From the NCBI GenBank assembly GCA_036158745.1, contig JAYYFM010000001.1, positions 1-27,693 on the forward strand: 27,693 nucleotides of DNA, given 5' to 3'. Both the position numbers and the translations under genes were made by a program. This document shows, in pieces, positions 16,464 to 26,200 of the stretch. Origin of the DNA: Thermoplasmatota archaeon (GTDB taxonomy: Archaea; Thermoplasmatota; Poseidoniia; Poseidoniales; Poseidoniaceae). The notes below the pieces were generated by a model. That model saw nothing but the letters and a program-made list of their open reading frames with translations. It searched no databases and had not been told where the DNA came from. The first letter of the stretch is position 1. Each line of letters begins with the position of its first letter.

Positions 16464-17183
16464 TCAAAGAACTGTGAAGCGTTGTTCTTCTTGCTTCCAA
16501 TTGAATGGTTTGTAACCCAATGCATGCCGTGTGTGGCGCATCTTGATGATACCGAGTTTTCGTTGAACATCGTCTTCCTTTCGATCCATAACAAGATGAA
16601 TAACTCCGTCTGAAAGATAGTCTTCGACGCCATATTCTCCGAATTGTTTGTGATTTTCCCCCGTCATTTCACAGATGAAGAACGAGGTCAGTTCAAGACG
16701 GCGAACAGCTTCAAAGAGTCTGAAAATTTCATCTCGTGGGTTTTCCATCTTGGTGAGCGTGAAGAACGCACCAAGCGAGTCGAAGACGAGCAGTTCAAAA
16801 CCAATCGACTTTCTGTAATTTGTGAGTTGCTTAATCAATTGACCCATCCAATCAACACGGTTGCTCATGCCTTGTTCGTCAAGTTGGACACGAAGGTCAG
16901 AGAGATCGATGATAGCAATTCGATTTCGAACACGAGGGTCGTCTACGTTCATACCCATGTTGGACATGTGTGCACGCAAGGAATCCTTTCCTTGTTCGAG
17001 CGTGACGTAAATCCCACTGGTTTCACCATACAATACGGCGTTGTAAAGCATTGAGAAGGTGACACTCGATTTCATGGCACCAGATGCACCTGCAACGATG
17101 CAGATGTGCCCCTTCGGAATTCCACCTTGCATGTTCTCATCGAGTCCTTCAACGTGTGTGGGAATTCGTTCCATGATGTCCAT
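16464..17183 (-). CDS. KaiC/RAD55-like (RecA superfamily) single-domain ATPase
   Basis: RIPTHVEGLD...GGIP, Walker A variant GASGAMKS, YVTLEQ, Walker B LLVFDSL, DGVIHL, KMRHT; RBS-like GAGGCGA upstream. Confidence 0.85.
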   Translation of the reverse strand: MDIMERIPTHVEGLDENMQGGIPKGHICIVAGASGAMKSSVTFSMLYNAVLYGETSGIYVTLEQGKDSLRAHMSNMGMNVDDPRVRNRIAIIDLSDLRVQLDEQGMSNRVDWMGQLIKQLTNYRKSIGFELLVFDSLGAFFTLTKMENPRDEIFRLFEAVRRLELTSFFICEMTGENHKQFGEYGVEDYLSDGVIHLVMDRKEDDVQRKLGIIKMRHTRHALGYKPFNWKQEEQRFTVL

Positions 17184-17280
17184 AGTGTCGCCTCAACATG
17201 AAGGAATACGATTCAACACTTGAAATTCACCCCCGATTTGTTTGCAAAATCTGATGTGGTTCATGTGACGTGTTTCCGTT

Positions 17281-17865
17281 ATGCGCATCCTCTTGGCTTC
17301 TGCATCCGAACGTCGAGGCACCATCCTTCGCCAACGCTTTGCAAACGTCGAACAAGTAGCACTCAAGGGCGTGAATGAATCTGTGCCTCGCCAAGTTCTC
17401 TCCAGTCAAGTGATGGAAGTTGCCTCTCGGAAGGCAAAGGCTGTCGTATTCAACGATGAGTTCGATGTCGTGGTCGTTTCAGATACGCTTGTCGAAGATC
17501 CCGATGACGATCAAGCCGCATTAGGCAAACCAACATCGAAAGAGCAAGCAGTTGCCATGCTTTTGCGCTTACGTGGTCGCCGACACCGTGTATGGTCCGC
17601 AACGATGGTTCATGCCATGGAGAACTGGCATTCGAGTGTCGAACACGCAGTTGTTGAAATCGAGGACTTCTCTGATGATGCATTGGTCGAACTCATCGAA
17701 TCAGACTCTTGGGTTGGTAAAGCTGGTGGCTATGACTTGGCTGGCATGATGGGGAAGTACGCTCAATTGATTGAAGGAACAGAACCGACAGTGCTAGGAT
17801 TTACTCAGTCTTCTCTCGACTTGCTGGATGACGTTCAATCGTTGCTTTCCATGAGTCGGTCGTAA
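17281..17865 (+). CDS. maf: Maf family nucleoside triphosphate pyrophosphatase
   Basis: ILLASASERR, VVSDT, LGKP, LRGRRHRVWS, GKAGGY. Confidence 0.88.
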   Translation: MRILLASASERRGTILRQRFANVEQVALKGVNESVPRQVLSSQVMEVASRKAKAVVFNDEFDVVVVSDTLVEDPDDDQAALGKPTSKEQAVAMLLRLRGRRHRVWSATMVHAMENWHSSVEHAVVEIEDFSDDALVELIESDSWVGKAGGYDLAGMMGKYAQLIEGTEPTVLGFTQSSLDLLDDVQSLLSMSRS

Positions 17866-19121
17866 AACATCGGCATTCGGTGCCAGTTGTCCGATGGGAA
17901 AACAGTGTGTCGAATGAACAGGACGCCGAGCAAGAAGGACGCAACACTTTGTGTTCCAACCCAAATGTAAACCGGTAAGTATTCTCCATCCAAAAGCACG
18001 GCTCCGTCATAGAGTGACCATGTCATGAGCACGCCACAAGCTAGGAACATCAAAACCAGATGCCAATGTGTTACCCGTGTCGATGGAGAATAGTGCAAGT
18101 GATCTTCGTGAAGGTAAATAGCGAACCCGCACACCACGAAGAAACATGAATAGACAATCAATAACCAATGTGAGGGCTGAATATTTGCTAAGCCTTCATG
18201 ACCTGTCCAAATCGGCGCAATTGAAACGAGTGAGAGCAGGGGTAACAGGGAGTACCCTACAAACACAAATCGAGAATGCGGTTTTGCAAATTTGCCTATG
18301 GAGAACCGTAAAACCTTCAGCGGATTCATCATGAAAAATACGTTCAAGAGAAGAATTGCAAATCCGATATCAATGACATCCTCTGATATCAAATTCCTTG
18401 CCCGTAAAAAACTCGCTACAACGTAGCCAATTCCTAGGAGAATGAGGATGAGAAATCGAACAGGCAGAGTTTTTGGATTTGTTGTATTCCAACCTAGCCT
18501 GCGATTAAAATGTGAGAGCATGACTGTCGACATCATCATCATGCAGAAAATCCCTACAATGAACGCAATACCAACTTGAATCATACCTTCGATTCCACGC
18601 ATAAACCATGAAGCAACGATGAACAACGAGCAGAATACGAGGACCAACCCAGGTGAGTACGAGAAGATTCCAACCTCTCCAGAGTTGTTTTTTTGTTTGA
18701 CAATATCGATCGATGATGGCGTAAGCGTAAGTAAAGCAAGGCACATCAAAACAATGCCAATTCCTGAGAATTCAATGAATACTTCCCAATTGCCGATGTA
18801 GATGCCAAGATGAATGAACAATTGTCCAAGAGCGTTGAGTTGCAAAAAGTGACGCATTGTTGTCCGTTCAAAAGATGGGACATTGTACACAAGCGGCAAC
18901 GTATCAAACGCAATACCTGCGAGGATGGCCATGACAGGCCCCAATGCGAAAAGCGTGATGAGAACAAAATTCATGACTTCAAGACGATCCGTGTTCTGGA
19001 ATAATTCGTAAGGAGAAAAAAATGTCAACCACGCCAAGAGGAATGTCAAGGCGATGAAGAACAGCATCGATGATGTAAACAGTTCAAGATATGAACCTGC
19101 GAATTGCTGACGCCGGTCCAT
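17835..19121 (-). CDS. Uncharacterised ~12-TM membrane protein
   Basis: 428-aa hydrophobic ORF with about 12 TMs and a perfect RBS; weak three-fold pseudo-repeat; family not identified. Confidence 0.7.
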   Translation of the reverse strand: MDRRQQFAGSYLELFTSSMLFFIALTFLLAWLTFFSPYELFQNTDRLEVMNFVLITLFALGPVMAILAGIAFDTLPLVYNVPSFERTTMRHFLQLNALGQLFIHLGIYIGNWEVFIEFSGIGIVLMCLALLTLTPSSIDIVKQKNNSGEVGIFSYSPGLVLVFCSLFIVASWFMRGIEGMIQVGIAFIVGIFCMMMMSTVMLSHFNRRLGWNTTNPKTLPVRFLILILLGIGYVVASFLRARNLISEDVIDIGFAILLLNVFFMMNPLKVLRFSIGKFAKPHSRFVFVGYSLLPLLSLVSIAPIWTGHEGLANIQPSHWLLIVYSCFFVVCGFAIYLHEDHLHYSPSTRVTHWHLVLMFLACGVLMTWSLYDGAVLLDGEYLPVYIWVGTQSVASFLLGVLFIRHTVFPSDNWHRMPMFYDRLMESND

Positions 19122-19125
19122 TGTT

Positions 19126-19132
19126 TCACCTC
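19126..19132 (-). promoter_or_regulatory. Ribosome-binding site GAGGTGA overlapping the sepF stop codon
   Basis: Minus strand reads TGAGGTGA-AACA-ATG (start 19121). Confidence 0.75.
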
Positions 19133-19685
19133 AATTTACGCGTAGCAATCGCGTAAGTCCCAGCTCGTGCTTTTCAATATCAACAACGACATCAGCTCCT
19201 GGAATCATCAACAACTTGTCTTCCGAATCCAGAGCAAAGACGCCAACACCTACTTGCTCACACATAACTCGTAACTCTCGTCGACAGGCCTGTTGATGCG
19301 ATTCCATGTGGACCAATGTTCGTAGATCAACAATCACAGTATCCCCTTGAAGCACTCGTTGAGCGATGTCTCGCGTGTGGATACGATGCTTTTCATCTGG
19401 CTTGACATACCGAAGCGCTCGTGTTGGTCGAGTCATAACCCGTCCTCCATGGTGTGAGAGATCATGGAATGGTTCTCCGTCTGGTGTCACTGGTCCATTC
19501 CATTCGAAAGAGATGTTTTCGTCGATTTGAGATGCAGGCGTCTCCTCGACAATTTGGGTTTCTACTTCAACAGGTTCATTGGTCAATTGTCTGTTTTGCG
19601 TGGAAGCAGGTGCTCCTGCAACTCGAGCCGCACCGCCCGCATCTGGGTCCGGGAGTCCAAAGAACTGCCATAGATTTCCCATCAT
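19131..19685 (-). CDS. sepF: Cell division protein SepF (archaeal type)
   Basis: N-terminal amphipathic segment MGNLWQFFG, low-complexity linker, core DIAQRVLQGDTVIVDL...ELRVMCEQVGVGVFALDSEDKLLMIPGADVVV. Start is ATG 19685 or 19682. Confidence 0.75.
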   Translation of the reverse strand: MMGNLWQFFGLPDPDAGGAARVAGAPASTQNRQLTNEPVEVETQIVEETPASQIDENISFEWNGPVTPDGEPFHDLSHHGGRVMTRPTRALRYVKPDEKHRIHTRDIAQRVLQGDTVIVDLRTLVHMESHQQACRRELRVMCEQVGVGVFALDSEDKLLMIPGADVVVDIEKHELGLTRLLRVN

Positions 19686-19687
19686 TA

Positions 19688-22600
19688 TCACAAGTCCAAA
19701 TCATCCAGTAGGTCGGAGAGATTCGTATCCTGATTCGATGGTGAAGTCATTGAAGGTGTCGGTTGATAGGTAGGTGCAGGTGCTTGATTTGCTGCCAGAT
19801 ATTGCTCACCATAGTACGCCCATTGTTCCATGGTCCAACCAGCCGGTAGGCCAGTGGCTGGGAGTGGAGGGCCTTGATTCACGACTGGCTGTTCAACAAA
19901 CGGCTCTGGTTGAACAGGCGCTTGTGGCGCTGGCTGCTCGTATGAAGGCAATTCCGAAGGCGCATAACTTGGTAACGGCGTTGTATCCCATGCTTTGTTC
20001 GATGGAGTCTCGACCAAATCTGGCGGTGAACGGCGAGTGATGAGCAGGAACGATGCCAACATGATCACCAAACCAACGAGTCCTAGAATGACAATCGACA
20101 TGGTTTTAGAGACACCCAATGTATCGCTGAACTCTTCGATGAATCCTTCAGGGGGCGGTTCTGCAACATCGATGGTAAGCGTAAATGTGTCCGTCGAAAG
20201 ATCGTCATCGGTTACAGTGAGGTTGATCTTCCACGTGCCAACCGGTAAATCGGTTATCGATACAACAGGCCCAGTTTCACCAAGGTCATTCTCGCCCCTC
20301 CACTCAAATGTCCAAACGTAGAGCATGTTCAGCAGATCTGAATCTGAGTCCGTTGTCCCATCGGATGAGAGGTTGAGCGTATCGCCCTTCACGAGGTTGT
20401 CAAGTGATCCGTTGGCGAACGAAATCTCTGCGCCCGGCAGGACGTTCTGAACTTTGACAACAGCCGAAATCGATGCCATGGCACCATCGTCGTCCTTCAC
20501 CCATGCCGTAACGGTTCGGAACTGAGGGTTGCTGGTCTCCCATGTGTACTCAAAATGAGTCCCACTTACATCACAGTCATTGTTCAAGGTGCCATCGAGG
20601 TCCGCATCACGTGTTCCGTCGATATCCCAACAGACTTCCAGTGAATCCTTGTCTGAAGCCGTATCATCAACAGCGACGTCAAAGACCACTTCGTCGTCTT
20701 CATCAACCGTAAGGCCTTTGTTGACAGCGTTGAGGAAATTCGCCTCTGCAGTCATGGTTGGCGGTACGTTGACAATTGTGACCTTTGCGAGCGAAGTGGA
20801 AGAGGTTGCTCCGTCGTCGTCAACAGCACGAACTGAGATGATGTGTTCTCCAGACGTTGGCCATGAGGTTGAAACGTCGGAGGCTGAACCATCGGTGGAT
20901 ACAGTGAAATTGTCGAGAACATCACTCAGGTTCCAGTCGATGATAAGTCCATCACGATCGTTGAGTGTGTCATCGCCTTGAGCACGAAGAATGACTGTTT
21001 GGTCCTCTTGGAGTACCCATGTTCCATTCGCATCGAATGGTGTATTTACGCCTGCAATCCACACGCCAATTTCGCCAATGGTTGGGGCAACATTCAGAAC
21101 TTCAATCGAGGAAAGCACTTCGGTTTCCTCGCCATCATCGTCGGTTGCAATTGCTCGGATTGGCATCGTTCCCTCTTCAAGTGGCGTAAAAGTACACGTC
21201 GGTTGTGTTAATCCTTCAAAACAGTTCAAATCTGGCCAAGAAACACTGACTTGCTGGCCTGACGGCGATATTGTGTCGATATCTCCGCTATCACTGGCAT
21301 CGATGGTTATTGAGGATTCGACCGCAATTTCCGTTGGGTGGCTGAGGTTGATGTACGGTGCTCGGTTGAGGATTGTGACGTTGCTTACCAATACCGTTGT
21401 GTCGAGTTCATTATCGGTTACGACAGTTCGCAATTCCCAGTCACCGTCGTCGGACCAGTTCCAACTGATGGCACAAGTTGGCGTCGTAATGACATCAACA
21501 AGACCTGGACGTGATTCAATTTCAAATCGACACTCGACGTCTCCACCATCAGGGTCAAAGGAAGAACGGGCGTCAATGAAGACGTCTTCGAATGTGTAAT
21601 TCCCAGTGTCGATGGTAATGGATGCGTTTGGTGCACGGCCGATAAAGACGTCAATAGTAGCTTGGTTGTTGCTTCGATTAGCGTCCCCCGCAATGAGCTC
21701 ATCTGGATCAACGGTGAAGGTCAATGTCTTGTTTCCAATGGTGGAATCTTCAGGAACAATCCAGTCGATTACAATGCGTTGTTCACTGTACGCCTCGATG
21801 GATGGAACAGCCTGTCGGCTTGAATCACCATCGGGTACAACAATTTCCATTTCTGTTGAAGGAGATGGCAAAACACCTCTGTTTTGGGCTGGTAGAGAGA
21901 AGGAGAGTTCGTCACCGGGCAAGGCGTTGTAGCCAATGGATTTTGAGAGGGTCGCAACCTCACCATTGCGAGTTCGCGTAACGATGATTGAGTCTTCTTG
22001 GGCAACCAAATCGATACCTACAACAGACAAGTCGATGACAACCGTAGCGACGCCAATAATTTCCTGAACTGGATCCCAGACAATCACGCCGTTGCTGCTA
22101 AAGTCATCGCTAGCGATGGTGTCATCCACGACATTTGAAACGTTGATTGTCTCTTCGATCTGCCCACTACTGTTGGTAGTTGGATTGACAAGTGTCCCTG
22201 CCATTTCGTAACGCAACTGGAGGTTTTTATTGACCTCTGGTATACCGTTTGGAGCAACTGAGTAGGTTGCGTAAATCTTTGATTCCGAGTCAGGTAGTGT
22301 AGCAATAAATTGAGTTTCAACCTCGATGTCGACATTTCGATCACCTGGATTTTTTCTCTTGTCAACGCCAAACGAATCAACAGGTTCGTAATCTTTCAAG
22401 AGCCAGTCAATGGTGAAACCAGCAGCGTTTGAGATTCGAATCCAAGAGTTGAATCGAACAGCAGGACAGTACCAATTAAATCCAGCACTGACGCCTGTGG
22501 CGTTCCATTCGTTGATTTTGTACGAATCATCGCATCCTTCGTACTTGATGTTCTGACCATCTTCTGTCGGAATTCCGTCTTTGGTGACCTGCCAGGAGGT

Positions 22601-23272
22601 ATTTTCAGCTCCTTGGGTGTCAAACTCGGTAGGGTCAAAGTAATCAGATGAACCACTTACGCTCGTACCGGACATAAACGGCATGTACCATTGATCACCC
22701 GTCCTCATTGGGAAATCGTATTTTTCCTTGGGTGGGTCGTAATAGGTATCGAAGGATATTGTGGCCAAATTTTGCGACAAAAAGCCAAGATTGAATGGTG
22801 CAAAGTTAACGTCCAATTCAAATTCCGAATTGATGATTGCAAGATCTCGAACGCGTACGATATCTTCGCCAGAATAATCTATGTCAAGCCGTCCACTAAC
22901 ACTTTCGAGGGTGGCGCCGCTGTTCCCTGATGAGAATTCCCCCTCTATGAGCATCTTGTACGCAAGCGTTTGGACTCCGTCAACATTGATGAAGAAGATG
23001 TCATCAATCTCGTAAACAGTATCTCCGGTCAGTGTATTGAGGCTTGCAGATACGTTGGCTTGGGCAAGTAGTTGAGAAACATCAAATTGCGTCTCATAGG
23101 TCCATTTGTCACCGATGCGCCAACTGGGAACATCCGTGGAGCTTGATGTATCGGATGAATGGTCAACAGATGGCAGCAGGTCGAGTGTCGTGTTGTCGTT
23201 GCTGACAAGATGTACAGTGGTTGAACCTGCCAAAAGGAACAAAACAAGCAAAGTCAGAATGCGGTTCGCCAT
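19688..23272 (-). CDS. Cell-surface PKD/CARDB-domain protein, paralog 2 (1194 aa), C-terminal TM anchor
   Basis: Signal peptide; N-terminal PSWRIGDKWTY domain; CARDB (AQNRG...FTVDPDELI...DANRSNN); several PKD-like repeats (IDARSSFDPDG, TVTDDD); TM; tail GPPLPATGLPAGWTMEQWAYYGEQYL. Confidence 0.8.
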   Translation of the reverse strand: MANRILTLLVLFLLAGSTTVHLVSNDNTTLDLLPSVDHSSDTSSSTDVPSWRIGDKWTYETQFDVSQLLAQANVSASLNTLTGDTVYEIDDIFFINVDGVQTLAYKMLIEGEFSSGNSGATLESVSGRLDIDYSGEDIVRVRDLAIINSEFELDVNFAPFNLGFLSQNLATISFDTYYDPPKEKYDFPMRTGDQWYMPFMSGTSVSGSSDYFDPTEFDTQGAENTSWQVTKDGIPTEDGQNIKYEGCDDSYKINEWNATGVSAGFNWYCPAVRFNSWIRISNAAGFTIDWLLKDYEPVDSFGVDKRKNPGDRNVDIEVETQFIATLPDSESKIYATYSVAPNGIPEVNKNLQLRYEMAGTLVNPTTNSSGQIEETINVSNVVDDTIASDDFSSNGVIVWDPVQEIIGVATVVIDLSVVGIDLVAQEDSIIVTRTRNGEVATLSKSIGYNALPGDELSFSLPAQNRGVLPSPSTEMEIVVPDGDSSRQAVPSIEAYSEQRIVIDWIVPEDSTIGNKTLTFTVDPDELIAGDANRSNNQATIDVFIGRAPNASITIDTGNYTFEDVFIDARSSFDPDGGDVECRFEIESRPGLVDVITTPTCAISWNWSDDGDWELRTVVTDNELDTTVLVSNVTILNRAPYINLSHPTEIAVESSITIDASDSGDIDTISPSGQQVSVSWPDLNCFEGLTQPTCTFTPLEEGTMPIRAIATDDDGEETEVLSSIEVLNVAPTIGEIGVWIAGVNTPFDANGTWVLQEDQTVILRAQGDDTLNDRDGLIIDWNLSDVLDNFTVSTDGSASDVSTSWPTSGEHIISVRAVDDDGATSSTSLAKVTIVNVPPTMTAEANFLNAVNKGLTVDEDDEVVFDVAVDDTASDKDSLEVCWDIDGTRDADLDGTLNNDCDVSGTHFEYTWETSNPQFRTVTAWVKDDDGAMASISAVVKVQNVLPGAEISFANGSLDNLVKGDTLNLSSDGTTDSDSDLLNMLYVWTFEWRGENDLGETGPVVSITDLPVGTWKINLTVTDDDLSTDTFTLTIDVAEPPPEGFIEEFSDTLGVSKTMSIVILGLVGLVIMLASFLLITRRSPPDLVETPSNKAWDTTPLPSYAPSELPSYEQPAPQAPVQPEPFVEQPVVNQGPPLPATGLPAGWTMEQWAYYGEQYLAANQAPAPTYQPTPSMTSPSNQDTNLSDLLDDLDL

Positions 23273-23296
23273 GCTTGAATGTCTGCTTCCTTGTAC

Positions 23297-26200
23297 TTAG
23301 GAATTGTCAGCCTGCGAGTCGAGCCATTGTTGACCATAGTGCTCCCATTGCTCCATCGTCCACCCATCGGGCAATCCGCCTTCTGGAAGGGGAGGTCCAG
23401 TTGTCGATGTAGGGGCTACGTTGACCGAATCAAATGCCCGTTCAACGGGCGGATCTTGTGGACGATTTCGACGTGCTGAGATTTCATGCGGCATCAGACC
23501 GACTTCCTCATCGCTAAAAATTGCGTTTTGTTGCTGGTCAAGCCGATCCATGGCTCGTTGTTGTCTTCCAGAGCGTCGACGGCGGGTCATCATGCCGAGG
23601 ACAAGAAGCATGAAGGCAAGCAATGAAAGTTGAGCAACAGGATTGGCTTCATCGCCGATGAAGGCAGCGCCCAATTCCTCCACGATGGTACGTTCCGGTG
23701 CACCAATCTCAACATTGATGACTCGAGTTCCGGGTCGTTCTGGATTTTCGTCCCAGGCAATGACTCGGATTGTGTACGATCCCTCACGGGTGAAAATATG
23801 CTCGATTTGTTTACCGATTTTGTCTGCATCGTTGTCTTTGACACCATCACCATTGCTGTCAACGGATGTGTCGAGATCCCAAACGATCGTGATTTGGTCA
23901 AGATCATTGATGGAGTCGATTGTTCCTGTTGCATCCAATAGACACGCTTCAAGGGCGTTGCAGACAATGTCCTTCGTTCGAACAATTGGTGGGATGTTGA
24001 GGACTTCAATGGTGAGAATCTCACTGACACGCACCCCGTCATCGTCGGTTACGTGATAGATGACCGTGTGTGTTCCGCTTGTGTTCCAGTGCCAGACCAG
24101 CTCATCTCCAAACACATCGCAGTCATCATCAGCACCGCCGATATCATTGGAATCGAGACCGGGATCAACATCCCAACAACGAACCAACGTATCGTAATCG
24201 GAGGGCGTATCGGTTGCATTGCCGACCAATCGAACTTCTTCTCCTTCGGCGAGGGGGAGAACTTGCTCCAGTGGTTGAACAACTGGTGGGACGTTTGCAA
24301 CACTCACCCATCGCTCGTATGTGCCGCTGCTGGCTCCTTCAGAGTCACTAACCTCGAGACGCATGCGGTGGAGGCCAGATGTCTCCCACATCATCTCAAA
24401 TTCCGAAACACGCCCATCGAAGGTTTTGATGAGATTTGGTTGTGCATCATCTGGCCACCATCGATGGGTTAAGCCATCCAAATCATCGATTGAATCGAGT
24501 GCTTGGCCACGAAGATTGACCATTTGGTCCTCTTGAACATGCCATGTTTGCTGGACATCGAGTGGTAGTGGACCACTCTCGTTGGTCATGGTGACGGATA
24601 GCCCGTGAGGGTTGATGTTGGTGAATCTGATATCGATGCTGACCATAGTCATGGCACTATCATCGTCAACACCAACGGCTTGGAATGTATGCCATCCTTC
24701 AGTCGGTGCAGTCGTTGTACACACTCGCGTGTAGTATCCTTCTTCGCAAATCGCATTTGGCCAATACACATCTACGATTCCAGGAAACGGGTCTTCAGAA
24801 TCCGTATCGTTTGCGTAAGCATAGAGCGTAACAGGATGTTCGACTTTGACCTCGGTACGGGCGCTAATGACCTCGATGTTTGGGGCGCGATTCAGAATAA
24901 CGACATCAAGAATGCCTTCGACTTCGTCTTGTTCTTCGTCTGTAATGGTGACCTCGATGGGATATTCTCCATCGTTTGTCCATGTCCAATTCAGCATGCA
25001 ATCCATGGATTCAACTCGCGTCCACGCTGCTGAGCGAGTACCATCGTACCAAGGAACATTGAACAGACAGGATACGTTGCCACCGTCTTCATCAAAACTA
25101 CCTGAGGCATTGATGACCGTCTCGACGTTTGTGTAGACTTCGATGGGCTCGAGAACTGCTGTCGGTAGACGTCCAATGAACAACTCAATTTCACCAAGGT
25201 CGTTATCGGCATCCGCATCAGCAGTGTTGACTTGCAAAGGATCTGATTCCCATCGAATTGGCAAGGTTCCAATCGCTGCATCAGCGGGAACCGTCCAGGT
25301 GAAATTGACCTTGTGTGACTCATACGTAGAAAGTGGTGGTAACCCAAGGTCAAAGATTGAACCATCGGGATGATAGATTCGTAAATCAGTGGCTGTCGAT
25401 GTTGTGATTCCTTTGTTGACAACAGCGACTTCGATGGTCAAGTCATCACCGGGAAGGACATTGTAACCCGATAGGGAACTGACAGTGCTGACAACTCCAC
25501 TCCTGTTTCGAATGATGACAGCTCGCTCTTCATCAGCGATCAAGTCAAGACCAACGAGGTACTCATCAAGCGTAATGGTTGCTGCGCCAACGTAACTTCC
25601 AGATTTCGCCATAATGCCATGACTGGACCAGTCGGTATTCGTTGCTGAATAATCAATGCTGCTACCTGAATCAATCGTTGTGCTTGCTGAACCGTTTGAA
25701 GCAGTGTAGACAGTGGTAGAAGCACCATCGTAGGCGACCTCAACCCCAACTCCATCAATGGTTCCATAACACGATGGACTGAGGTGAACCCAGACTTCAA
25801 GTGGTGAATCAAGTGCTGTTAGAGAACGCTCAGGTTCGACTTCAACACATGTCGGCCGCGTGCCTGGGTCGCTGTTGCTTTCAACGCCCGTCGCTCCGAT
25901 TGGCATGTACTGCTTCAAACGGAAATCGATGGTCAGTCCAACATCCTCTTCAGCATGCCGCCATGCGTAATTGTTGACCGCTGGGCAGTACCATCGGTAA
26001 CCCGTTGAGACGCCATTGGAGTTCCATGATGTCAGTTCGTACGATGCATCGCATCCACTGTAAGCAATCCCAGCCCCAATGCCGTTTCGAGGTTGTCCAA
26101 CATCGGTGACTTCCCATGTTGTGGTGTTGGTATCTGTTTCTGGTGGCGGGAACGGTGTGATGTAATCGCTCTGACCGGACCATTGTGAGGATGCGGTTGT

